Position numbers and translations under genes: made by a program. From Acaryochloris thomasi RCC1774 (GTDB taxonomy: Bacteria > Cyanobacteriota > Cyanobacteriia > Thermosynechococcales > Thermosynechococcaceae), in NCBI RefSeq assembly GCF_003231495.1, contig NZ_PQWO01000008.1, positions 30,001 through 62,000 on the forward strand: DNA of 32,000 bases. The letters are read 5' to 3'. Positions within the stretch are counted from its first letter, which is position 1. Each line of letters starts with the position of its first letter. Positions 1 to 8,263 of the stretch are shown piece by piece. The notes under the pieces were generated by a model. That model had not been told where the DNA came from. It was given only the letters and a program-made list of their open reading frames with translations, and made no database searches.

Positions 1-1554
1 CTGCGCATAGGACGACTGCAAATAGGGCCGGAACGCCTCGTCTTCAGCAACGTGGGTTTTGAAAAACGCCACCGTCAGCGCCTTTTGATAGGTCATTGAC
101 AGCTCTTCTAAACGTTCCACCTCATCCTCTTTTACCAGTCCGCTGATCACTTCAAAGGTAATGTGGGCATGGGGCAATCCCTCAGACACGGCCAAGTAGC
201 GATCCGGGGTCGTGAGGCCCTTAAACGTCGGCATCTGCTCCAGCAGCAGCGGGGCCGGTAGGTCAATATCCGTGGCCTCCCACAGAATCGGCAAATCGAG
301 TTTGCTCATTTCCTCAGGACCAAACAAAGAGCTGCTGAAGGGGCCGAGCAGGAATAGCGCTTTGACCCTGCGATCGCGGAGCTGAGTCGATTGCGGTGGC
401 AATTCAAGGGCATAGCACTGGTAGTAGAGCGAGATATTGAGCAAATCCATCTGCTCACAGGTCTGCTGAAGCTGCTCAAAATTGAGTTCCGCTCCCCCCA
501 GCGAAAGTGCCGTCGGTCCACCAAAGGAGTGGCCAAATACGCCCACATCTTCAAGGTTGAGCTGATTTTGAAACTGCCCCGCGTTGCGCCGTTCTAGATC
601 GTCTAGTACCGCCGTCACTTCTTGAGGGCGCTTAATATACTCCGTCACTGGGAACAGTTCCTGATGCTGACCGGCAAAGAAAGCCTGACGCCTTGGCTTG
701 TTACTGCCCGCATGTACAGGCACCACCACAGCAAAGCCATAGGAAGCTAAATGGTGCGCCAGATCTTCAAAGAAATCTTGCTCAGCCCCAAACCCAGCCG
801 TAATAACAACGACGGGCATTGATCTCGAGAGCTGCTGCGGATGGTACAGATCAAACTTAAGATCACTTCCCTGAACCTGCAGCGGTTGTAGAACCGTCTT
901 CAAAGAACCCTTTTGGCGCAAATCAGGCTGCTGAGCAGATGCCGTCAAGGATTGGCCCGCCTGCAGTTGAGCCTTTTGCCCGTCTAGAGACTGCTCTTGG
1001 GCGGCGGCGGTGGCAACCTCAGCCAGTTTAGCCATGAACGCATCCGTTTCTGAAACTAAGCCTTTAGCGCGTTGAGCTAGACCTAGAATTTGGGCCACAT
1101 CAATCTCGATATCTTCGGGATATTGCTGCAGCATGCTGATGAAAGAGATGCCCTCGTCCGCCTTTGACGCATTGACGAAGGCCGTCTGCAGCTCCTCGAA
1201 CCCATTCCCTTTATCACGGGTCCGCACAAGCTGCCCCACATTCTTCAAGAAGCGCTCACCAATGGAGGTGTAAGCCATATAGGAAAGGTTGAAATAGTTT
1301 TCGTCGTAGCGGGTTTGCAGCAGTTCTCGTAGCTGCGCTCTCTGTTGAGAGGTGAGCAAACTAAGGTAGGTGTCCAGATCAGGCTCCGCTGCTCCCGTTT
1401 CGGCCCACATTGCCAATGCCGGAACCGATAGCGGCAGTTCCAGAGAGCCGAACTTAAAATAGACCTGTTCTGCAGACCAAGCGGGTAGGGCTGTCGCTAG
1501 GGCAGCCAGACTGCCAAACAAAAGACTGAATAACCAGCTTTTTCGATGACTCAT
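1..1554 (-). CDS. alpha/beta-fold hydrolase with DUF1400-like N-terminal domain; the C-terminus runs off the left window edge
   Basis: Absent from the supplied ORF track because it has no stop codon in the window. My minus-strand translation from ATG (1554..1552) is open for 518 codons down to position 1. It begins MSHRKSWLFSLLFGSLAALATALPAWSAEQVYFKFGSLELPLSV (signal-peptide-like N-terminus followed by a DUF1400-like segment). Later come VVVITAGFGAEQDFFEDLAHHLASYGFAVVVP and the nucleophile elbow GHSFGG. The track ORFs at 306..554 and 391..597 are nested inside it. Confidence 0.8.
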   Translation of the reverse strand, partial: MSHRKSWLFSLLFGSLAALATALPAWSAEQVYFKFGSLELPLSVPALAMWAETGAAEPDLDTYLSLLTSQQRAQLRELLQTRYDENYFNLSYMAYTSIGERFLKNVGQLVRTRDKGNGFEELQTAFVNASKADEGISFISMLQQYPEDIEIDVAQILGLAQRAKGLVSETDAFMAKLAEVATAAAQEQSLDGQKAQLQAGQSLTASAQQPDLRQKGSLKTVLQPLQVQGSDLKFDLYHPQQLSRSMPVVVITAGFGAEQDFFEDLAHHLASYGFAVVVPVHAGSNKPRRQAFFAGQHQELFPVTEYIKRPQEVTAVLDDLERRNAGQFQNQLNLEDVGVFGHSFGGPTALSLGGAELNFEQLQQTCEQMDLLNISLYYQCYALELPPQSTQLRDRRVKALFLLGPFSSSLFGPEEMSKLDLPILWEATDIDLPAPLLLEQMPTFKGLTTPDRYLAVSEGLPHAHITFEVISGLVKEDEVERLEELSMTYQKALTVAFFKTHVAEDEAFRPYLQSSYAQ

Positions 1555-1795
1555 AGATCGGAATCGAGCAAATGCAGCAGAGATCGGTTTAGAAGAAAGG
1601 CTAGGACAACCAGAGTTGAGGCTTTTGATCCCAAACCATGACGGGTCTATCTTAATAAATGTGCCCTGAAGAAGAAAGATATTTCAAGAGACAGGCACCC
1701 CAGTAATACAGAGACGAAATTGCATAAGATAGAGCGAGCGCATCCAGTATCAGGAAGGGGCCGTTTGAGTTCTTCTACTTCTCGCAGTACGCAGC

Positions 1796-3658
1796 ATGGC
1801 CTCTAACTTAAGCGGCGATCGCAACCATTCCACCGAAGACGATCGCAACTTTTATACATCGATGAGCCGTGCTTGGCGATTCGCCGTGATTGCCTTATTA
1901 GCAATCGGTATCTGCTTTCGGTTCGCCAACCTTGATCACAAAGTGTACTGGTTTGATGAGGTCTCTACTTCAATTCGGGTAGCAGGACACACGAAAAGCG
2001 AAGTTGAGCAGCAGTTTGTGAGCCGGGGCGCGGTCACGGCCCAGAGCCTCTTAGAGTATCAAACGCTGCAGGCTGATACTCCCTGGCAAGAGACCTTCGC
2101 AGCCCTTAAAAAAAGCCCAGAGCAGGCTCCTCTTTATTACCTACTAGCCCGACTTTGGACCCAGATGTTTGGTAGTTCGGTCCTCGCCGTTCGCAGCCTT
2201 TCCGCTTTTATTAGCCTCTTAGCGCTGCCCTGCGTTTATTGGCTAGGTCTAGAGCTGTTTAGAGATCCAAGGCCGGGCTGGATTTTGGTGATGCTGCTCA
2301 GCGTTTCTCCTTTTTACGTTGCCTATGCCCAGGAGGCCCGTCCCTATAGCTTATGGACCGCCACGATTTTGCTCTCTAGCATTGCCTGCTTGCGAGCTAG
2401 GCGACTGAATACGATGCGGAGTTGGGTTTGGGTTGCGATCGCAACCACCTTCAGCTTTTACACCTCCCTTCTTTCACTGTTCATCACGATTGGGCAAAGC
2501 CTCTATCTGCTTGCTCTAGAAAAATCCCGGTCTATACAGACCAAATACCTAGCGGCAGTTGGCATAGCGAGCCTTTTCTTTACACCCTGGCTGATCATTA
2601 TCATCACCAGCGTCAAGACCATTGAAGACAACACCGGCTGGATGCGCATGCCGATGGAGCTATCTTCAATGGTCGCTATTTGGATAGCCCCAATCTTGCT
2701 AACCTTTGGCGATCTACCCTTTCCCACCACCATTGACCCAGTTAAAACATTGGGCATTGTTTTGCTCTTACTGGTGCTGACGTGGGTACTGTTCTTAATC
2801 ATCAAGCCCCAAATCAAAACAACACAGCAGATAGGGCTGTTGATAATAGGTTTGCCGGTCGTCTCCGGCCTCTTGTACATCGGTCTCAGAGTCATCTCTA
2901 GCCGCTCACAGGTTGCAGCCCTCGATCCTGTTGCGACAGGGGGCTTAGTTGTGGCCCTCTTTATTTTTGCCTTAGTGATTTATGCCATCCGATTTATCCA
3001 GTCTTCTGCAAACTCTAAGCTTTGGCTATTCCCATTAACGCTGGGCCTGACAACACCGCTGTCGCTCATGCTGATTGACCTAGTGCAAAGCGGACAGTCT
3101 TCGGCCAATCCCCGCTACATGGTTCCGTTGATGATGGCCATTCAGCTAGCGGTGGCCTATTTGTTCGCCTGCAAGATTTTCGAGAAGTCACCTCAGTTGA
3201 TCAGTCGATCACAGCGATGGACAGGAGTGATGGCTTTTGTGATCGGGGTGGGTCTTTTTTCCTGCACGCTGAACTTAGAAAAATCTCCTATCTATCAAAA
3301 GAGTCGTAACCGGCACAACATTCCCATCGCCAAAATTTTGCGCGGGGTTGAGTCGCCCCTATTAGCAGAGCCACAGGCAACCCTGGACCTTATTTCTCTA
3401 AGCCATTCTCTCGAATCCAATACTCAAGTCCAGCCACTGACGGAGAATCTATCTCTATTGTCCAACGCCTGCAAAGCTAAAGCTCAATCGCTCTACATCT
3501 TTAATCCATCTCCAGCACTGCAGGTACAGCTCCAAGAAAGCAACAGTCTTGAAGCAGCACCGATCTACAAACCGAAGCTGCTCATTCCCAGCGAAATCGC
3601 TTTGTCACTATGGTCAGTGAAGCCGGCCGAGCGGTGTATTCCTGGAAAGGATTCCTGA
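1796..3658 (+). CDS. GT-C fold integral-membrane glycosyltransferase (GT39/GT83, ArnT/PMT-like)
   Basis: 620-aa ORF with many hydrophobic helices. The first loop carries YWFDEVST, an Asp-Glu pair typical of ArnT/PMT-type enzymes. It also has QAPLYYLLARLW and YAQEARPYSLW segments typical of this family, and a soluble C-terminal portion. An alternative start at M23 (1862) is possible. Confidence 0.65.
   Translation: MASNLSGDRNHSTEDDRNFYTSMSRAWRFAVIALLAIGICFRFANLDHKVYWFDEVSTSIRVAGHTKSEVEQQFVSRGAVTAQSLLEYQTLQADTPWQETFAALKKSPEQAPLYYLLARLWTQMFGSSVLAVRSLSAFISLLALPCVYWLGLELFRDPRPGWILVMLLSVSPFYVAYAQEARPYSLWTATILLSSIACLRARRLNTMRSWVWVAIATTFSFYTSLLSLFITIGQSLYLLALEKSRSIQTKYLAAVGIASLFFTPWLIIIITSVKTIEDNTGWMRMPMELSSMVAIWIAPILLTFGDLPFPTTIDPVKTLGIVLLLLVLTWVLFLIIKPQIKTTQQIGLLIIGLPVVSGLLYIGLRVISSRSQVAALDPVATGGLVVALFIFALVIYAIRFIQSSANSKLWLFPLTLGLTTPLSLMLIDLVQSGQSSANPRYMVPLMMAIQLAVAYLFACKIFEKSPQLISRSQRWTGVMAFVIGVGLFSCTLNLEKSPIYQKSRNRHNIPIAKILRGVESPLLAEPQATLDLISLSHSLESNTQVQPLTENLSLLSNACKAKAQSLYIFNPSPALQVQLQESNSLEAAPIYKPKLLIPSEIALSLWSVKPAERCIPGKDS
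2431..2446. repeat. HIP1 (GCGATCGC) within a 16-bp perfect palindrome GGTTGCGATCGCAACC; representative of 12 HIP1 sites in the window
   Basis: Exact GCGATCGC octamers start at 370, 1815, 2435, 5007, 12554, 12695, 13431, 14124, 26107, 28995, 30229 and 30474, found by manual scan. HIP1 is a hallmark of many cyanobacterial genomes. Confidence 0.9.
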
Positions 3659-3676
3659 GAGGTCCGCTTTGATCAT

Positions 3677-4774
3677 TTAGCGCGGTAGATCAAGCCCCAC
3701 CCAACCAAAGACGGCATCTTGGCCATCGTTGGGTTCAAACAAATTGGCATTAGAAATATGGTGCCAACGGATCCCCATCAACAGTCTCGTTTTCTCGGCA
3801 ATGCGAAGCGAAGCGCCACCCCCGACCTGAGGCGTGAAATTAAAGCGGCTTCCGCCAATCAAAGGCACGCGGCTAGTCGTATTCAAGATACCCACTCCAC
3901 CATCGACGAAGAGAGACCAGGTCTTTTTACGGAGAAAGTGCCATCGGGCAATCACATCAAGATTGATGCCGATAGAGTCACTCCCCTCTTGACTAAAGGC
4001 GAGCGTGTTTAAAGAGACATTGATACTGTGACCACTGGCAAAAAAGTGAGTAATGCCAGCTCCGGCCAGTCCATAAAAATTTGACTCATCTGGGTTGTAG
4101 GGAATCCCAATCCCGGCTTGAATAAACCAGCGTCCTTGCCCGTTTCTGCCGAAAACGTACTCTCGTTCTTCAGAACTTTCCTCAGCTTCTGGAGCCTCTT
4201 CAACCTCTAAAGCTTCCTCTACATCTGGAGCCTCCTCGACCTCTGGAGACGCTTCAAGAGTGAGATCACTTGGCTCAACAGTTTCCCCTTCCAGCGCTGG
4301 GGCCGCTTGAGAAAAGAGTCCAAAGGAATTACCCAGATGAGTCTGCTGCGTCTTCAGATCTTCTGCTGTTGATTGTTCAGTCGTAGAGACGACGGGATCA
4401 GGACCAGTTGTTTCAGACGCAGAAGAAGTCTGTGGTGTTTCTACGGCACTTTGACGGGACGCATCCAACAGAGTAACGCTAGATGTCGCGGCAGAGCCGT
4501 GATCAGGCCCCTGGGGATCAATAGTTATCAGCGATTGCTCTAGCGGGGGCAGATTTAATTCTGGCGCTAAGGGTGCATCAGCAGAAACCTGTTCCTCACC
4601 TTCTATTTCTGAAACATCTATCCCTAGCGCTGCATCCAGATCATTCGCAAGAGCCTGTATCTGCAGCAATGGGGAGAGAACAGCACCTAGGCTAAGGACA
4701 ACAATCCACAGCAAAGAGCTTGGAACGACAGCCCATCGTTGCCAAAGGAGCTGATTTTGATCCAGATTTTGCAT
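3677..4774 (-). CDS. PagL-type (lipid A 3-O-deacylase / acyloxyacyl hydrolase family) outer-membrane beta-barrel with a long acidic N-terminal extension
   Basis: 365-aa ORF. N-terminal signal or TM segment (WAVVPSSLLWIVVLSLGAVLSPLLQIQALA). A stretch of about 160 aa rich in E/P/S/T/A follows, including EVEEAPDVEEALEVEEAPEAEE. The C-terminal 160 aa or so resembles P. aeruginosa PagL as I recall it: RWHHISNANLFEPNDG versus RAIHYSNAGLKQPNDG. The His/Ser pair is retained (H339 codon 3758..3760, S341 codon 3752..3754). Confidence 0.7.
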   Translation of the reverse strand: MQNLDQNQLLWQRWAVVPSSLLWIVVLSLGAVLSPLLQIQALANDLDAALGIDVSEIEGEEQVSADAPLAPELNLPPLEQSLITIDPQGPDHGSAATSSVTLLDASRQSAVETPQTSSASETTGPDPVVSTTEQSTAEDLKTQQTHLGNSFGLFSQAAPALEGETVEPSDLTLEASPEVEEAPDVEEALEVEEAPEAEESSEEREYVFGRNGQGRWFIQAGIGIPYNPDESNFYGLAGAGITHFFASGHSINVSLNTLAFSQEGSDSIGINLDVIARWHFLRKKTWSLFVDGGVGILNTTSRVPLIGGSRFNFTPQVGGGASLRIAEKTRLLMGIRWHHISNANLFEPNDGQDAVFGWVGLDLPR

Positions 4775-4930
4775 AGGACATCGGTTAGAGACGATGGATA
4801 AGACAGTAAGTGTGCGTTTTAGATTGGGTCAGTGAGAAATTGTGGTCAAATTTAGCATGAAACGGGGTTCATGCGTCTTGAAGGGAAACCAAGTCCAAAA
4901 CATTTGAGCATTTTTAGCTAAGGGAAACCC

Positions 4931-5431
4931 GTGCTGCTCCGCTTACATTCAATGGGAACGTATACTCTTGAGAGAGGGCCGTGGCCTTCTTCAATTGATT
5001 TGAGATGCGATCGCAACATGGGACAACTCGAACGTCTCGTCCTCATCGCCGAGGATGAGCTAACTCAATACAGCACCGACGCCCGCAAGCGGCAAAAGCT
5101 GCGGCAAAAAATTGGTATCTCTGTCCAAACCGCCGAGCGCACGAAAGTCAAAGAAGACCTGATCGCCGAGATGCCCAATAACTTCTTCGGTAAACTGATC
5201 GAAGAGCAGCGTCAGGCCGTCGCCCTACCCTTTTGGGGCATTGCCGGCTTAGGCCTTTTGTTTGGAATCTCCTTCCGTCAGCCCCTCGACTTCATGGGAC
5301 CTGCAATCTGCGTTCCCATCGCCTTCAATCTGCAGAAATGGGGCTGGCGACTCCAGGCAAAGCGACTCGTCATCCAGGCCATTGAAGAAATAGAAGCCGA
5401 AGCTGACAAACCAGCTCAAGATAAATCCTGA
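4931..5431 (+). CDS. hypothetical small membrane protein (two predicted TM helices)
   Basis: Track ORF of 166 aa with a GTG start, preceded by AAGGGA (4920..4925) 5 nt upstream. The alternative ATG at 5018 would give 137 aa. Hydrophilic charged N-terminal half, then ALPFWGIAGLGLLFGISF and FMGPAICVPIAFNL hydrophobic segments. Its stop TGA (5429..5431) lies 1 nt before the ATG of the next gene. I recognise no family. Confidence 0.45.
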   Translation: MLLRLHSMGTYTLERGPWPSSIDLRCDRNMGQLERLVLIAEDELTQYSTDARKRQKLRQKIGISVQTAERTKVKEDLIAEMPNNFFGKLIEEQRQAVALPFWGIAGLGLLFGISFRQPLDFMGPAICVPIAFNLQKWGWRLQAKRLVIQAIEEIEAEADKPAQDKS

Positions 5432-5432
5432 T

Positions 5433-7364
5433 ATGAGTCTGATCACCCTCCAGTCTATTGCCAAAGACTTTGGCATCAAAGAAATTCTTCGAGATGCCAC
5501 CTTTAACATCGAAGCCCAAGACAAAGTGGGCCTAATCGGCGTCAACGGCTCCGGTAAATCTACGCTGCTAAAAATGATTGCGGGCCTTGAGTCCATTGAT
5601 CGCGGGCAGCGATGGGTTAAACCAGGCTCTAAATTAGTCTATTTACCCCAACAGCCCAACGTTAACGAAGACAGCACCGTTCTCGATCAGGTCTTTGCCG
5701 ACAGCAGTGACGCCATGCGGTTAGTGCGCACCTATGAAGACCTGTCTCACCGCATGGCTCTTACTGAGGGTCGAGAGCTAGAACACTTGATGGCCCGTCT
5801 GGCCACCGTCTCCGAGCAAATGGAAACGGCAGGAGCCTGGGACCTAGAGACAAAAGCCAAAATCATCCTCAGCAAGCTCGGTATCACAGACTTTGAGGCC
5901 CGCGTTGGCGACCTATCCGGCGGCTACCGCAAGCGCATTGCCCTTGCCACCGCCCTGATCTCAGACCCTGAACTTTTGTTGATGGATGAGCCCACCAACC
6001 ATTTAGACGCAGAGTCCGTTGAATGGCTACAGAACTACCTCTCACAGTTCCGAGGGGCATTGCTGCTAATTACCCACGATCGCTACTTCCTCGATCAGGT
6101 CACCAATAAAATCTTTGAAATCGATCGCGGTGATCTCTATACCTATGCCGGGAACTACTCCTACTATCTAGAGAAAAAGGCGCTGGCCGAAGACGTAGCA
6201 GCCAAACAAGAGCGCAAGCACCAAGGCGTATTAAGACGAGAGCTGGAGTGGCTCAAGCGCGGTCCCAAAGCTCGCAGCACCAAACAGCAAGCCCGCATTG
6301 ATCGGATCCAGGGCATGCAAGAAAAAACCTTCAAGCAGACTCAAGGCAAAGTTGAAATTGACACCCCAGGGCGACGGATTGGTAAAAAAGTTGCAGAACT
6401 AACGGGGGTTTGCAAAGCCTACGACGGTCGAACTCTGATTCAAGACTTCACCTACGAATTTAGCCCCACAGATCGGATCGGCATCATCGGCGGCAACGGG
6501 GCCGGAAAGTCTACACTCATGAATTTAATCACCGGCAAAATTGAGCCTGATTCAGGCACTGTAGACCTGGGCAGCACAATCCACATTGGCTACTTCGACC
6601 AGCATTCTGATGATTTGCTCTCCGCTCTCAACCAAGATCAGCGTGTCATTGACTACATCAAAGAAGTCGGAGAGATTGTTAAGACGGCTGACGGCAGCCA
6701 AATCAGCGCCTCTCAAATGCTGGAAAGATTCCTCTTCCCCGGGAACCAGCAGTATGCCCCCATCAACAAGCTCTCTGGTGGCGAGAAGCGACGGTTATTT
6801 TTACTGCGAATATTAATGGGCGCTCCCAACATGTTGATTTTGGATGAACCCACTAACGATCTTGACGTGCAGACCCTCGCTATTTTGGAAGACTACTTAG
6901 AGAGCTTTAATGGCTGCGTCATTGCCGTCTCTCACGATCGCTACTTTTTAGACCGCACCGTTGACTTCATTTTCGCCCTTGAACCCGGTGGAAAGCTTCG
7001 CCAGTATCCAGGCAACTACTCAGTTTATTTAGACTACCGAAAAGTAGAAAAAGCAAGAGATAAAGCTTCTGATAAAGAACAGGCCTCTAACAAAACCCAA
7101 AAAAATGCCGTTGAGACCAAGCCAAAATCCACCTCTAATCAGCGACGGCTCTCCAATTACGAGCGGCGCGAACTAGAAAAGTTAGAAGTCAGCATCCCTG
7201 AACTGGAAGCCGAGAAGGTCAAGTTAGAACAGACGCTATACCGTGAACCCCCTAGCGAATTTGATCAGGTACAGCAACTCTCAGAACAGTTAGCAAACCT
7301 ATCTAAAAAGATTGAGAATCATACTCAAAGATGGATAGAGCTTGCAGAACTAGAAGAGGTTTAA
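5433..7364 (+). CDS. uup: ABC-F family ATPase (Uup-like; two ABC domains, no membrane domain, C-terminal coiled coil)
   Basis: 643 aa. Walker A GVNGSGKST and GGNGAGKST. Signatures LSGGYRKR and LSGGEKRR. Walker B LLLMDEPTNHLD and MLILDEPTNDLD. Charged inter-domain linker (KQERKHQGVLRRELEWLKRGPKARSTKQQAR). Lys/Glu-rich C-terminal tail as in Uup. Confidence 0.9.
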   Translation: MSLITLQSIAKDFGIKEILRDATFNIEAQDKVGLIGVNGSGKSTLLKMIAGLESIDRGQRWVKPGSKLVYLPQQPNVNEDSTVLDQVFADSSDAMRLVRTYEDLSHRMALTEGRELEHLMARLATVSEQMETAGAWDLETKAKIILSKLGITDFEARVGDLSGGYRKRIALATALISDPELLLMDEPTNHLDAESVEWLQNYLSQFRGALLLITHDRYFLDQVTNKIFEIDRGDLYTYAGNYSYYLEKKALAEDVAAKQERKHQGVLRRELEWLKRGPKARSTKQQARIDRIQGMQEKTFKQTQGKVEIDTPGRRIGKKVAELTGVCKAYDGRTLIQDFTYEFSPTDRIGIIGGNGAGKSTLMNLITGKIEPDSGTVDLGSTIHIGYFDQHSDDLLSALNQDQRVIDYIKEVGEIVKTADGSQISASQMLERFLFPGNQQYAPINKLSGGEKRRLFLLRILMGAPNMLILDEPTNDLDVQTLAILEDYLESFNGCVIAVSHDRYFLDRTVDFIFALEPGGKLRQYPGNYSVYLDYRKVEKARDKASDKEQASNKTQKNAVETKPKSTSNQRRLSNYERRELEKLEVSIPELEAEKVKLEQTLYREPPSEFDQVQQLSEQLANLSKKIENHTQRWIELAELEEV

Positions 7365-7436
7365 TCTAGTGATCTTCCCTTAGAGTTTGCAGTTTTTTAG
7401 GGAACGCATCACAATTTAGTTCATCACAACAGCAAC

Positions 7437-8186
7437 ATGACATATCTTTTCAGAAGCGCTGCCAGGTATATATTTCAGCATATTAATCCCTTTTTGTTTG
7501 ATACGGTCGCTATTAATGAGTTTCCTAAGTCTGGAGGCACATGGACTGGTAAGGTTATCTCTAACTATCTAGGCTATAGATTTGATGACAACATCATTCC
7601 AAAATATGGTGCCGCGATAGTGAAGTATCACAAGCTCCAAATTCCTTCAGCGTTAAAGGAAGTCGTGATCATCCGAGATCCAAGAGACGTTATTATTTCT
7701 TTCTACTATCACTCATTTTTCATCTTTGCAGACAATCCATTTAATGCACGGATTGTTTCCTTATCTAAGAAACGATTCAACTTCGACGATTATTCAGATA
7801 TAGCCGCAAACATACCTACTTTCATTGACTACATGCTAGATGGCCCCATCAAGCCTGGGTTTAGATGGGATCATTTCTATAACATAAAAATCAAGAGCGG
7901 CATTCCCATTTTCAAATACGAAGATCTGAGACATTCACCTCTAGAAACCTTCTCCCAAATCTTAGAGTCACTAGGCTTTCAAGATATAGACCAACAGAAG
8001 CTCTCGGGATCGATAGAGAAGTACAACATCAAAAAAATCAAGAAGAAGAACGACTCTTCTCAGGGAAAAGTTAACTTTGTTCGATCAGGAAAGGTCAATG
8101 GCTGGCAGGACATTCTTCTAAAACAAGACAACAATAAAATCAGAAAGAACTTTTCCTCCATAATGGAAATTTTTCAATATGATTAG
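7437..8186 (+). CDS. PAPS-dependent sulfotransferase family protein
   Basis: 249 aa in a visibly AT-rich stretch. 5'-PSB-like motif FPKSGGTW. 3'-PB-like motif IIRDPRDVIISFYYH. Also KYEDL and RSGKVNGWQD, matching the sulfotransferase pattern RKGxxGxW. Confidence 0.8.
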   Translation: MTYLFRSAARYIFQHINPFLFDTVAINEFPKSGGTWTGKVISNYLGYRFDDNIIPKYGAAIVKYHKLQIPSALKEVVIIRDPRDVIISFYYHSFFIFADNPFNARIVSLSKKRFNFDDYSDIAANIPTFIDYMLDGPIKPGFRWDHFYNIKIKSGIPIFKYEDLRHSPLETFSQILESLGFQDIDQQKLSGSIEKYNIKKIKKKNDSSQGKVNFVRSGKVNGWQDILLKQDNNKIRKNFSSIMEIFQYD

Positions 8187-8263
8187 GGAGATAGAATCCA
8201 TATATATTTTGAGGAAAGCAGAGGACTTTCATCCACATCATCTTTCCATACTCATCTCCCCCA

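Noticed and set aside
306-597. Track ORFs of 82 aa (minus) and 68 aa (plus)
   Set aside because: Both lie inside the uninterrupted 518-codon minus-strand frame of the alpha/beta hydrolase (the GHSFGG motif is encoded here). The 82-aa ORF is in a different frame, and the 68-aa ORF is antisense. Neither has recognisable motifs.
2422-2895. Nested 67-aa (plus) and 130-aa (minus) ORFs within the GT-C gene
   Set aside because: They are embedded in or antisense to a long ORF with coherent membrane-protein features. They show no motifs and have the typical appearance of shadow ORFs.
4855-4874. 7-bp inverted repeat GCATGAA-N6-TTCATGC in the divergent intergenic region between the PagL-like gene and the small membrane-protein gene. 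AAGGGAAACC is also repeated at 4881..4890 and 4921..4930.
   Set aside because: It is real in the sequence but short. It could be an operator or a chance palindrome. With no supporting context, I did not elevate it to a finding.
5433-7364. ABC transporter ATPase that might partner with the EcfT at 25103
   Set aside because: The tandem ABC domains, charged linker and coiled-coil tail with no TMD are ABC-F (Uup) architecture, not EcfA. The genes are 18 kb apart.
7375-7404. Possible intrinsic terminator after uup (TTCCCT ... AGGGAA)
   Set aside because: The stem is only 6 bp with an 18-nt loop, and the T-run lies inside the loop rather than after the stem. It is not a convincing terminator.
7365-7436. 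Mobile-element signatures at the borders of the AT-rich cassettes (also 10950..11002, 15544..16092 and 17705..17730)
   Set aside because: I could find no integrase or transposase ORF, no flanking tRNA, and no direct or inverted terminal repeats shared between the borders. The horizontal-transfer inference rests on composition only.
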